Under the pieces are notes generated by a model. The model was given only the letters and a program-made list of their open reading frames with translations. It was not told the origin of the DNA and did no database searches. A DNA stretch of 38,439 nt from Trueperaceae bacterium (GTDB lineage Bacteria > Deinococcota > Deinococci > Deinococcales > Trueperaceae). Within the stretch, counting starts at the first letter, position 1. Every line of letters starts with the position of its first letter. Positions 19,658 through 28,589 of the stretch are shown here, in pieces. The stretch is from contig DASSXV010000064.1 of assembly GCA_035703635.1 (NCBI GenBank), forward strand, positions 1 through 38,439. The letters run 5' to 3'. The translations under genes were made by a program, and so were the position numbers.

Positions 19658-20665
19658 ATGATCGGGGTAGACCTAGGCACGACCAACGTCAGGATCCACG
19701 TGAAGGGCAAGGGGGTGCTCTTGCGCGAGCCGGCAGTCATCGCGGTGGTCAAGGGCACGACCGACATCAAGGCGGTCGGGCAGGAGGCGTACCGCATGCT
19801 CGGGCGCACGCCGGGCAACATCACCGCCGTTAGGCCGATGGCGGACGGCGTCATCGCCGACTACACCCTCACGGAGAGGATGCTCAAGGCCTTCATCCGT
19901 AAGGTATTGACGGGCCCGGCGCGCTTCATCCGGCCGAACATCATGGTGTGCATCCCGTCAGGCATCACCGACGTCGAACGTCGCGCGGTCGTGCAGGCTA
20001 TCCACGAGGTTGGCGCGCGCAAGGCTTACCTCATCGAGGAGCCGGTGGCTGGCGCGATCGGGGCGGGCATCGCCATAGCGGAGCCAGTCGGGTCGATGGT
20101 CATCGACATCGGTGGCGGCACTACCGACTTGGCAATCATCAGCCTTGGCGGGATCGTCGTATCGAGAAGCTTGCGCATCGCGGGCAACACTTTCGATCGC
20201 GACATCATGGCTCACGTCAAGGCCAAGCACAACTTGCTGATAGGCGACCGGACCGCAGAGGAGATCAAGCGCGAGGTCGGCGCTGCGAAGATAGTCTCGG
20301 ACGCCGACCGCCAGAGCATCGAGGTTCGCGGCCGCGATCTGATCGATGGCATGCCGAAGAGCGTCACGGTGACGACGGAGGACGTGGTCCAGGCGCTACG
20401 TTCGTCGCTCGAGCGCATCGCTGAGGACATGCGGAAGGTCCTCGAGCAGGGTCCACCTGAGCTGGTGTCCGACGTCATAGAACGCGGCATAGTACTGACG
20501 GGCGGCGGCGCGCTGCTGCGGCATCTAGACGCCTACTTGTCCGGCATCACGTCGATCCCGGTTGGAGTGGCCGCCAACGCGGCGGATTGCGTGGTGCTCG
20601 GCACCGCTCAGGCCCTCGACATGGTGCATGTACTCAAGGACGCGCACTTCGAGCAGTCGCGCTGA
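19658..20665 (+). CDS. mreB: MreB-family actin (rod shape-determining protein), without mreC/mreD
   Basis: DLGTTN, RPMADGVIAD, IEEPVAGAIGAG, DIGGGTTD, GRDLIDGMPK, LTGGGALL; TAGCGT 6 nt upstream of ATG 19658. Confidence 0.85.
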   Translation: MIGVDLGTTNVRIHVKGKGVLLREPAVIAVVKGTTDIKAVGQEAYRMLGRTPGNITAVRPMADGVIADYTLTERMLKAFIRKVLTGPARFIRPNIMVCIPSGITDVERRAVVQAIHEVGARKAYLIEEPVAGAIGAGIAIAEPVGSMVIDIGGGTTDLAIISLGGIVVSRSLRIAGNTFDRDIMAHVKAKHNLLIGDRTAEEIKREVGAAKIVSDADRQSIEVRGRDLIDGMPKSVTVTTEDVVQALRSSLERIAEDMRKVLEQGPPELVSDVIERGIVLTGGGALLRHLDAYLSGITSIPVGVAANAADCVVLGTAQALDMVHVLKDAHFEQSR

Positions 20666-20677
20666 GGCCCGCGCTGG

Positions 20678-21178
20678 TCAGGCGCCTGCTGGCGGTTCCG
20701 TAGCAGGTTCCTCAGCTGTTGGCAGCACGTCAGCGGCGGCGGCCTTGGCTAGCCGCCCTACCGTGATGAAGCCGAAGGCGTAGCCGATGGTGAGGAGGAG
20801 CAGCAGCACGTAAAGTCCGACTCCGCGCTGCTCCGTAGCCAATGCCAACCCTAGGAACCAACTGACCATGCCGTACATGGCGGCTATCACGAGGGTCGTG
20901 GTGAGCGCCGCGCGGCGCCCCTTCAGGAGTCCAAGGCGAGCGCTTACCACCGCTGCGACCACCAGTTCGGCCGCGGCGAACCCGACGAGCGTCCACGTCA
21001 GCACAGCGCTCGGCCGCGTGGTGACGCCAGCTGCCAGGAGCCGAACCAAGATGGCAACGAACGTGGCGATCACGACTTGCGTCATGAACGCCACGGCGAA
21101 CGCGGCACGCAGAACGGTGCCTGCAGCATGTTCTGTGAGCTGCGGAACGCTCAGGTAACGGCGCAACAACGCCATCAA
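20678..21178 (-). CDS. Hypothetical 4-TM membrane protein
   Basis: Four hydrophobic segments; AAGGA upstream; start 21178 (TTG) or 21175 (ATG). Confidence 0.7.
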   Translation of the reverse strand: MMALLRRYLSVPQLTEHAAGTVLRAAFAVAFMTQVVIATFVAILVRLLAAGVTTRPSAVLTWTLVGFAAAELVVAAVVSARLGLLKGRRAALTTTLVIAAMYGMVSWFLGLALATEQRGVGLYVLLLLLTIGYAFGFITVGRLAKAAAADVLPTAEEPATEPPAGA

Positions 21179-21197
21179 GGCGCGCTGGTCCTTAGGT

Positions 21198-21335
21198 TCA
21201 GTAGCCGGCCTCGTGGTCGGGCTCTACCGTGTTGCGTGAGAGCCACAGGGTCACCCCGACGAAGAACGACGCGAACAGCGCGATCGCAACGATGATGACG
21301 GCCGAGTTACGGGCGATAACGAGGAACTCTTCCAC
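21198..21335 (-). CDS. Small single-TM protein (45 aa), absent from the ORF track
   Basis: GGAGG SD then GTG: MEEFLVIARNSAVIIVAIALFASFFVGVTLWLSRNTVEPDHEAGY*; TAGACT -10 at 21353-21358. Confidence 0.75.
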   Translation of the reverse strand: MEEFLVIARNSAVIIVAIALFASFFVGVTLWLSRNTVEPDHEAGY

Positions 21336-21367
21336 CTTGACCTCCAGGCGCGAGTCTACCCCACCCG

Positions 21368-22750
21368 CTAGACGGCGGTCGGGGCGCTAGCGCCCGCCCG
21401 AGTCGGGCGCGAGCGCCGCGCGAAACGGTACGTCATGAGAACGGCAGAGGTTGCAAGTCCGGCCACCATCCCGAACCACAGACCCCGCGCGCCCACTCCC
21501 AGTTCGAAGGCCAGCAGCAGGCCGAGCGGCATCCCAACCACCCAGTATGAAACGAGCGTGAGGAACATCGGCACGCGCGTGTCCTTCAGGCCACGGAGTG
21601 CGCCGATGGCGGTTACTTGCACGCCGTCGAAGAGCTGGAACAGAGCGGCGATAGCGAGGAAGCTCATGGCAGTCGCGATCATCGAAGAGTTGGCGGGGTC
21701 CGACAGGTCGGTGTAAAGCCCGATGACGAGCCGCGGTGCGAAGGCGAAGAGCGACGCAGTCAGCACCATGAAAGCAACGGCTACGCCGATGCCCATGAAG
21801 CCCATGCGCCTGACGGCGGCCTCGTCTCCTCTACCAGCTGCCTGGCCGACGAGCACCCCGGTGGCGATCGCCATGCCAAGAGGCAACATGAACGTCATGG
21901 ACGCGGACTGGATGGCCACCTGGTGCGCTGCGAGGACATCGTCGCCGAAGCGCCCCATCAACAGGGCAGAGAGACTGAAAAGCCCGACCTCCAGCCCAGT
22001 CGTGAAACCGATGGGCCAGCCGACGCGCACGAGCTCTCGCATGAGCTGCGGCCGCACCTGAGCCATGCCCCGCAAGATGCGCTGCATGGGGTAACGCCAA
22101 GAGATAAGCAGTGCGACCAGTCCGAACATCACGAAGTAGACCGTCGCCGTGGCGAAGCCCGTGCCGATCACGCCGAGCGCTGGGAACCCGAAGTGTCCGA
22201 AGATCAGCGCCTCACATAACAGGACGTTCAGGCCCACGCCGAGGAAAGCGATGAACATGATGGGCCGCGCGTCGCCGTTGCCCTCCAAGAAGCCGCGGAG
22301 CGCTTGAAAACCTAGGTAGAAGGGGTACCCGAACGAGATGGCGCGCAAGTACCCGGAAGCGAGGCGCACCGTCTCCGGTTCGAGCCCGAGTTGCTGCAAG
22401 AGCGGGCCGACGGTGTTGAAGATCACGAGCCCGGGTACCGCGAAAACGAGCGCCAACCACATGGCCTGGGACGCCACATGGCCGGCCTCGTCGCGCCTGC
22501 CTCCACCTATGGCTTGGGCGACGGTGGGACCGACTGCATAGAGCACTGATGAGGTGATGATGGCGGTGGTGAAGAAGGTCGTAGTGCCGAGCGCCATCGC
22601 TGCCAACGCGCCGGGACCGAGGCGTCCGACCATCAGGGTGTCGACGAAACCGAGGCCGTTCTGGGCGAGTTGGGCCAGCACGAGCGGCGCAGCTAGACGC
22701 AACAATCCGATGAACTCGCTACGGCGCCCAACTAACACGCGCACCAACAT
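21368..22750 (-). CDS. MATE family efflux transporter (NorM-like)
   Basis: LAAPLVLAQL, VDTLMVGRLG, GWPIG, AAHQVA, FQLFDGVQV, GALRGLKDT; about 12 TMs. Confidence 0.93.
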   Translation of the reverse strand: MLVRVLVGRRSEFIGLLRLAAPLVLAQLAQNGLGFVDTLMVGRLGPGALAAMALGTTTFFTTAIITSSVLYAVGPTVAQAIGGGRRDEAGHVASQAMWLALVFAVPGLVIFNTVGPLLQQLGLEPETVRLASGYLRAISFGYPFYLGFQALRGFLEGNGDARPIMFIAFLGVGLNVLLCEALIFGHFGFPALGVIGTGFATATVYFVMFGLVALLISWRYPMQRILRGMAQVRPQLMRELVRVGWPIGFTTGLEVGLFSLSALLMGRFGDDVLAAHQVAIQSASMTFMLPLGMAIATGVLVGQAAGRGDEAAVRRMGFMGIGVAVAFMVLTASLFAFAPRLVIGLYTDLSDPANSSMIATAMSFLAIAALFQLFDGVQVTAIGALRGLKDTRVPMFLTLVSYWVVGMPLGLLLAFELGVGARGLWFGMVAGLATSAVLMTYRFARRSRPTRAGASAPTAV

Positions 22751-22782
22751 AACCGGCCCGCCGCCGCGGTACCATTACCCGC

Positions 22783-23874
22783 ATGCGCATCCTGGCGGCG
22801 GTAGTGGTGGTAGTGATCCTAGCGGGCGTGGCTCTATGGGCCACGGGCGTTCTGCCCATCGGCAACACGGCGCGGGTGCCAGCGAAGCCGAGCCTCTTCA
22901 CCGCCCTAGCCTCCGGCGACGCCGGCGCCGTGACCACGGCCCTGGAAGGCGGGGCGGACGTCTTCGCTCGCGACGTAGATGGGTACACGCCGCTCATGGC
23001 CGCCGTCCGCGGCAACGCCACGACGGCCACGCTTGACGCCCTTCTGGCCGCGGGGGCGGGCATCGACGAGATCACGGTGAACGGGACCTCGGCGCTGATG
23101 CTCGCGGCAGGCAGCGGCACGCCAGCCCAGGTCATCCACCTGCTCAATGCGGGCGCGGACCCGACCTTGGCCGACACGGAGGGGCGCAACTCGGCCGACA
23201 TCGCCAGGCAGAACTCGGCCGTCCGCAGCTCAGGCGTCTTCCCTCGCCTGCTCGAGGCGGCCAGCATGCCTTTCGTCAAGGGTTGGCCGAGCGGTTACGT
23301 GGTGCCCGTCGAGGGCGCCACCATCAGCTCACGCCGTAACCACTTGCCTGGCGCGCCACGCGCCTACCGCAACGGTTATCACGAGGGGTTCGACTTCTAC
23401 AACGGCACCGTAAGCGTGAACATCGGTTACGGAACACCGATCGTCGCCGTCGCTGACGGCGTGGTGATCCGGGCGGACCACGATTACGTCGAGAACGACT
23501 TGACCGCTTACAACGCCCTCATCGACGAGGCGGCTCGCGGTCTAGACACCCCGCCTGAGATCCTCGACCGCCTCCGCGGCCGCCAAGTCTGGCTGCGGCA
23601 CCCTGGTGGGTTCGTCACGCGCTACGCGCACCTCTCCGCCGTCGCCGAGAAGGTGACGATCGGCGGCACCGTGCGCCAAGGCGACATCATCGGCTCGACG
23701 GGCAACTCGGGCACGCTCGAGGCCGCCCAAGGCACCCAGGACGACCCTCACCCGCACGTCGAAGTCTGGCGTGGTAGCGAGACGTACCTCGGGGCTGGCC
23801 TAGAACCGGAACAGATCTGGGACCTGGCCGCGCAAGTCTTCGGCACCTCGGCGCTGCCCCCGTATCACGACTGA
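22783..23874 (+). CDS. Exported ankyrin-repeat + M23 metallopeptidase
   Basis: N-terminal signal/TM; ankyrin motifs GYTPLMAAV, GTSALMLAA, LLNAGADP; M23 motifs HEGFD, YAHL, GNSG, HPH. Confidence 0.85.
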   Translation: MRILAAVVVVVILAGVALWATGVLPIGNTARVPAKPSLFTALASGDAGAVTTALEGGADVFARDVDGYTPLMAAVRGNATTATLDALLAAGAGIDEITVNGTSALMLAAGSGTPAQVIHLLNAGADPTLADTEGRNSADIARQNSAVRSSGVFPRLLEAASMPFVKGWPSGYVVPVEGATISSRRNHLPGAPRAYRNGYHEGFDFYNGTVSVNIGYGTPIVAVADGVVIRADHDYVENDLTAYNALIDEAARGLDTPPEILDRLRGRQVWLRHPGGFVTRYAHLSAVAEKVTIGGTVRQGDIIGSTGNSGTLEAAQGTQDDPHPHVEVWRGSETYLGAGLEPEQIWDLAAQVFGTSALPPYHD

Positions 23875-23885
23875 CCACGCGGCAC

Positions 23886-24572
23886 CTACCAGGGCAGATT
23901 GAACCCCGCTAGGTTCGAGTTGCGGTAGTAGGCCTCTATCTCGGCTGGGATGGTGCTGACGTCGTCGACGACCTTGAAGAGGTGGAGGTCGCCCTCCGAG
24001 ATGGTGCCAGCACGCACGAGCGTGCCTTGCAACCACTGCAGCAACCCACGCCAGAACTCGACGCCGACGAGGTAGACGGGGAACGGTTTGATCTTGTGCG
24101 TCTGGATGAGGGTTAGCGCCTCGAAGAGTTCGTCTATCGTCCCGAAACCGCCCGGGAACACGACGAACGCCGTGGAGTACTTGACGAGCATGACTTTACG
24201 GACGAAGAAGTACTTGAACTGGATCGAGTCCGTCTGATACGGGTTGGGTGACTGCTCGTGCGGGAGGTCGATGTTGAGGCCCATGCTGCGCCCGCCGCCG
24301 TCCATCGCGCCGCGGTTGCCGGCCTCCATGATGCCGGGGCCGCCGCCGGTCAGCACCGCGTAGCCTTCCTTGACGAGGTCGGTGCCTAGCTGCCTCGCCT
24401 TCTCGTACACCTCGGTGCCCGACTTGAGGCGGGCAGAGCCGAAGATCGTGACGGCCTTGCCGACGTCTGCCATCTCCTCGAACCCCTGCACGAACTCCCC
24501 GATGATGCGGAACATGCGCCATGAGTCTTCTGCAAGGGCGTCGATCACGTACTGCTTCTCGATGCCGTTCAT
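23886..24572 (-). CDS. LOG family protein (TIGR00730-like nucleotide phosphoribohydrolase)
   Basis: FGSAR, TGGGPGIMEAGNRGA, FFVRKVMLVKYS, PGGFGTIDE. Confidence 0.92.
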   Translation of the reverse strand: MNGIEKQYVIDALAEDSWRMFRIIGEFVQGFEEMADVGKAVTIFGSARLKSGTEVYEKARQLGTDLVKEGYAVLTGGGPGIMEAGNRGAMDGGGRSMGLNIDLPHEQSPNPYQTDSIQFKYFFVRKVMLVKYSTAFVVFPGGFGTIDELFEALTLIQTHKIKPFPVYLVGVEFWRGLLQWLQGTLVRAGTISEGDLHLFKVVDDVSTIPAEIEAYYRNSNLAGFNLPW

Positions 24573-24583
24573 ATCCGGTTAGC

Positions 24584-25228
24584 CTACCCGTCCGCTGCTT
24601 CGAGCATGGCCAACAGCGGCGTCAGGGAATCCTCGAGGGCGTCCGGAGCCGCCCCCAGAAGGGTGCTAGCGTCGTGAGTCCCCCACGTGACCCCGTAGGT
24701 CTTGAGGCCGGCGGCGCGGCCGGCCACCAGGTCGGAAGCGGTGTCGCCGACCATCCAGGTGCCTCGCGCGTTGACAGCGGCCAGCCCACGCAGGATGACG
24801 TCCGGTTCTGGCTTGTGGGGGAACCCGTCCGTGCCCTGCACGTGGTCGAGTAGCGGGCCAAGCCCGACTGCCTCGACGAGTTCCTTGGCCATGATGGAGC
24901 GCTTGGTGGTGGCGACTACGCGGAGGTAGCCGCGGTCGCCCAACTCGGTCAGCACGTCAACCACGCCTGGGTACGGCCGCGTGCGGTCAACGAAGTGCAG
25001 CGGGTAATGCACGCGGTAGGCCGCGGCTAGGTCGGGTACTAGCGCGGCAGGGGCGAACGGCTCGTACATGTCCTCGAGCGGCCGCCCAACCAAGCTGCGG
25101 GCCGCGGCCCTGTCCGGCGGCTGCAGGTCTACGCTAGCGAAGGCTGCGAGGAAACTATCAAGGATGTCGTCGAGCGAATCGACGAGGGTGCCGTCCAGGT
25201 CGAAGACGACGGCGCGTTGCGTGATCAT
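24584..25228 (-). CDS. HAD family hydrolase (phosphoglycolate phosphatase-like)
   Basis: FDLDGTLVDS, ATTK, KPEP, MVGDTASD; CATACT 6 nt upstream of ATG 25228. Confidence 0.9.
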   Translation of the reverse strand: MITQRAVVFDLDGTLVDSLDDILDSFLAAFASVDLQPPDRAAARSLVGRPLEDMYEPFAPAALVPDLAAAYRVHYPLHFVDRTRPYPGVVDVLTELGDRGYLRVVATTKRSIMAKELVEAVGLGPLLDHVQGTDGFPHKPEPDVILRGLAAVNARGTWMVGDTASDLVAGRAAGLKTYGVTWGTHDASTLLGAAPDALEDSLTPLLAMLEAADG

Positions 25229-25275
25229 GCCGTGAGTATGCCAGATTCGGCCTGGCGCCCGCGTCCGACCAGGCG

Positions 25276-27597
25276 TCAACGACGAAGGTAGGCGACGGTC
25301 ACGCCGTGTCCGCCCTCGTACGGCACGGCGTCCTCGAAGCGTTCCACCTGCTTGTCGCTCTTGAGGTACGTGCGCACGGCGTCGCGGAGGGCACCAGTGC
25401 CCTTGCCGTGCAGTATGCGCACCGACTCGAGGCGCAACGCGTGCGCCTCGAGGAGGAAGTCGCGGAGTTGCTCGAGGCCAGATTCCACGCGTTCCCCTCG
25501 CAAGTTCAGCTCGAGTGGCCCGGCGTCTGGTAGCTGAACGACTTGCCGCGTGACGAGCGGCTTCTTCGCTGGCGCCTTCACGGCCCTGCAGTCGCTGACG
25601 GGCACTTCGGCCTTGATGAGGCCGAGTTGCACGACGAGCTGGTCGCCGCGGCGCTCGAGGATGGGGCCTTCTGCCCCGTAGCTCTCGACCCTTACGCGCG
25701 CGCCAACGGTGAACGGGTCCGTTGCCTTGCTCGCTTCCCCCGCGCGCGGCGCGGGACGCGGCGCGCCGCCAGCGACGACTCGCGCCTGGCGCCTGAGCTT
25801 GCCGATCTCTTCCAGCGCCTTGCTGCGTGACTCGGGCGCCTCGCGCGCGCTGCGCTTGAGGCGGGCCGCCTGCTGCAAGGTGTCCTTCAGTAGCTCATCC
25901 GCGCGCTGAGCGGCCGCCGCCATGAGGGCGCTCTCGTTGCTGCGTAGCTTCGTTATCTGATCGCGGAGGATCTCCGCTTCGCGCGCGGCGCGTTCGCTCG
26001 CCTCCTGCGCCCCGCTCAACTGCGCTTGCAGTTCCTCGCGCTGCTGCTCCAAGCCGAGGAGCAGGCTCTCCAGGCGCTCGCCCTCCGGTCCGAGTAGCCC
26101 AGCCGCACGCTCGAGCAGCTCATGGCCAAGGCCGAGGCGTTCCGCTATGGCGAGGGCGTAACTGCGCCCGGGCTGACCCATGACTAGTTGGTAGGTCGGC
26201 CGCAACTCTTCGACGTCGAAACGCATGGCGGCGTTGGTCACCCCTGGCGTGTCACTCGCGAAGACCTTGAGCGGCGCCAGGTGGGTGGTGACTAGCCCGC
26301 GCGCGCCGGACGCGACCACCGACTCGAGGATGGCCTGGGAGATGGCCGCGCCCTCGTCCGGGTCCGTTCCCGAGCCCAGCTCGTCGATCAACACGAGCGT
26401 GTGTTCGTCAGCGCTCTCGACGATGGTGCGCAGGTTGCGTAGGTGGCCAGCGTAGGTGCTGAGGCTCGCCTCGATGCTCTGCTCGTCGCCGATGTCGCAT
26501 AGGAGTTCGTGTGTGCGCGGCAGGAGGGGCTGCGCGGCGGCGCTCGCGGCGACGAACAGCCCCGCGTACGCCATGGCGGCTGCAAGCCCGACGGTCTTGA
26601 TCAGCACCGTCTTACCGCCAGCGTTAGGTCCCGTGATGATCAAGATGCGCTGGTCGGCGTCTAGCGCGATGTCGTTAGGCACGCAATCTGGCACGAGGGG
26701 GTGGCGCGCGGCGCTGAGCCGCACGCGCCCAGCCGCGTCGAAGGCCGGCCGCGCGAGGCGCCACTCGTTCGCCAGCCTGGCGCTGGCGTTGACCACGTCG
26801 AGCTGAGCCACCACCGCGAGACTCTCGTCGAGGCGCGGCTCGTCTGCCAAGCGCCTGCCGAGGGCGAGCAGGATGCGCCTAACCTCGTCGCGCTCCTCCA
26901 TCTCGAGCAGCGCGAGCTCGTTGTTGAGGTCAACCACGCCAGCTGGCTCGATGAACACGGTCGCGCCAGAGTCCGAGCGGTCGAGCGCCAGACCGGACAC
27001 GCGCGACTGGTGGTTGGCCTTGATCGGGATCACGTAGCGGTCGCGCCGCAACGTGATTATCGGGTCTTGAACGTACTCGGCGAACTGCTCCAAGAGCCGC
27101 GTGAGGCGGTCGCGGATACGGCCTCTGATGGGGTTGAGGCGGCGCCTGATGTCGTAGAGCTTGGGGGTGGCGTCGTCGCGGACGTTGCCGTCGGGGTCGA
27201 GTTGCTCACGGACGAGGCGCAACACCCCATCGAACGTGCCGATCTCCATGGCAAGCTCGCTGAGGGCTGGCCGCTCCGACACGAGGATGGCCCTCCGTAA
27301 CGTGGCAGCGCCATCGAGGGTGTAAGCGATCGAGAGGATGTCGCTGCCCTCGAGAAGCTGCCCTTCGCGCACGCGCCGCACGAGGCCGCGCACGTCCTCG
27401 ATGCCGCCAAGCGCCAAGTAACCGCCGTCAACGACCTCCTGCACGCGCTCGAGGGCGCGTTCGGCCGCGGCTTCGTCTTGGCGCGGGTCGAGCGCCCTGG
27501 CAAGCTCGGCGCCCATGAACGTGCCCGCCCGCTCGGCGAGGGCCGCTCTCACGCGGTCGAACGAGAGTTTGTCGAGGGTGGCGTCCGTGACCAACAT
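25276..27597 (-). CDS. mutS2: Endonuclease MutS2 with Smr domain
   Basis: SGATVFIEP, ITGPNAGGKT, DIGDEQSIE, DELGSGTDP, TTH, GRSYALAIA; Smr ILHGKGTGALR...GGHGVT. Confidence 0.95.
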   Translation of the reverse strand: MLVTDATLDKLSFDRVRAALAERAGTFMGAELARALDPRQDEAAAERALERVQEVVDGGYLALGGIEDVRGLVRRVREGQLLEGSDILSIAYTLDGAATLRRAILVSERPALSELAMEIGTFDGVLRLVREQLDPDGNVRDDATPKLYDIRRRLNPIRGRIRDRLTRLLEQFAEYVQDPIITLRRDRYVIPIKANHQSRVSGLALDRSDSGATVFIEPAGVVDLNNELALLEMEERDEVRRILLALGRRLADEPRLDESLAVVAQLDVVNASARLANEWRLARPAFDAAGRVRLSAARHPLVPDCVPNDIALDADQRILIITGPNAGGKTVLIKTVGLAAAMAYAGLFVAASAAAQPLLPRTHELLCDIGDEQSIEASLSTYAGHLRNLRTIVESADEHTLVLIDELGSGTDPDEGAAISQAILESVVASGARGLVTTHLAPLKVFASDTPGVTNAAMRFDVEELRPTYQLVMGQPGRSYALAIAERLGLGHELLERAAGLLGPEGERLESLLLGLEQQREELQAQLSGAQEASERAAREAEILRDQITKLRSNESALMAAAAQRADELLKDTLQQAARLKRSAREAPESRSKALEEIGKLRRQARVVAGGAPRPAPRAGEASKATDPFTVGARVRVESYGAEGPILERRGDQLVVQLGLIKAEVPVSDCRAVKAPAKKPLVTRQVVQLPDAGPLELNLRGERVESGLEQLRDFLLEAHALRLESVRILHGKGTGALRDAVRTYLKSDKQVERFEDAVPYEGGHGVTVAYLRR

Positions 27598-27638
27598 AGC
27601 GCCCAAGTATACGGGCCGCGCCGAGTTACTCTCGCAGC

Positions 27639-28589
27639 GTGAACGAGGCGTCAGAGCGAACGACTAGCGGCACCGCGCAGACCATGCGCCTCGAGCCAGC
27701 ACGACCCTACTCGTGGCAGCAGACGCTGCTCGCCTTGGAAGGCTGGGCAGCCGCCCCGGACCGTGGTCACGCCAGTGGCCAAGAGGGCGGGTGGCTGGTG
27801 GCGCTGAGAACGCCAACGACGCAGCGTGAAGCGGTGCTAGAAGTGCGCCAAGACGAACCAGGGTCGTTGCTCGTGACCGTCGACGGCGCCGCGCTGACAC
27901 CAGCGGAACTCGATCACGTAACGCGCGAACTTACCTGGCGCCTCGCCCTCGACCTAGACACGCAGCCTCTGCACGCCGCGGCCATGCACGATCCGGCGTT
28001 CGCGCCGATCGCCAGCGCCTTGGCTGGCTTCCACCCGCCGCTGACGACTAGCGCGTTCCAGGCGGCGTGCTGGACGGTGATCAGGCAACGCACCCCGCCG
28101 AGTTTCGCTCACGCGAGCATGGAGCGCCTAGCCACGCTGCTCGGCACGGCAGTAGCGGCGGCTACCGGCGCCCAGCTACTCATCTTCCCGGCGCCAGCTG
28201 ACCTAGACGACGATGCGAGGCCGGCGCTGCTAGCCGCCACCAACAACCTGCGCAAGGTCGAGCGCCTGCGCGGCCTAGCGGACGCGTTTCGGCTGGTCGA
28301 CGAGGAGTGGCTGCGAACGGCCCCTTACGCGGAGGCGTACGCCTGGTTGGTGGCGCTGCCGGGGTTGGGTCCGTGGTCGGCCGAACAAGTCCTGTGGCGT
28401 GGGCTTGGCCGCTACGAGCGCGTGCCGTGGCGCGACACTGGCGCCCTCGCCGCCGTGGGCGCCGCCTACCTTGGCGGCCTCACCCCCGCGAAGGGCACGG
28501 CGCGCGAGTTGGCCGAGGAGTACGGCTGGCTGCAGGGCTTGTGGCTGCGCTACCTGAAGGCGTACGACCGCGTGCGTTCCTCGCCCTAG
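27639..28589 (+). CDS. AlkA-like HhH-GPD DNA glycosylase
   Basis: LPGLGPWSAE HhH motif, downstream P-x-x-D, FPAP; TACTCT 6 nt upstream of the GTG. Confidence 0.78.
   Translation: MNEASERTTSGTAQTMRLEPARPYSWQQTLLALEGWAAAPDRGHASGQEGGWLVALRTPTTQREAVLEVRQDEPGSLLVTVDGAALTPAELDHVTRELTWRLALDLDTQPLHAAAMHDPAFAPIASALAGFHPPLTTSAFQAACWTVIRQRTPPSFAHASMERLATLLGTAVAAATGAQLLIFPAPADLDDDARPALLAATNNLRKVERLRGLADAFRLVDEEWLRTAPYAEAYAWLVALPGLGPWSAEQVLWRGLGRYERVPWRDTGALAAVGAAYLGGLTPAKGTARELAEEYGWLQGLWLRYLKAYDRVRSSP

Noticed and set aside
19573-19854. Track N-terminal extensions (oxidoreductase to 19854, acnA to 6827, DUF59 from 34066, acuA from 14047)
   Set aside because: They overlap neighbouring genes; downstream starts have SD or -10 support and match family lengths.
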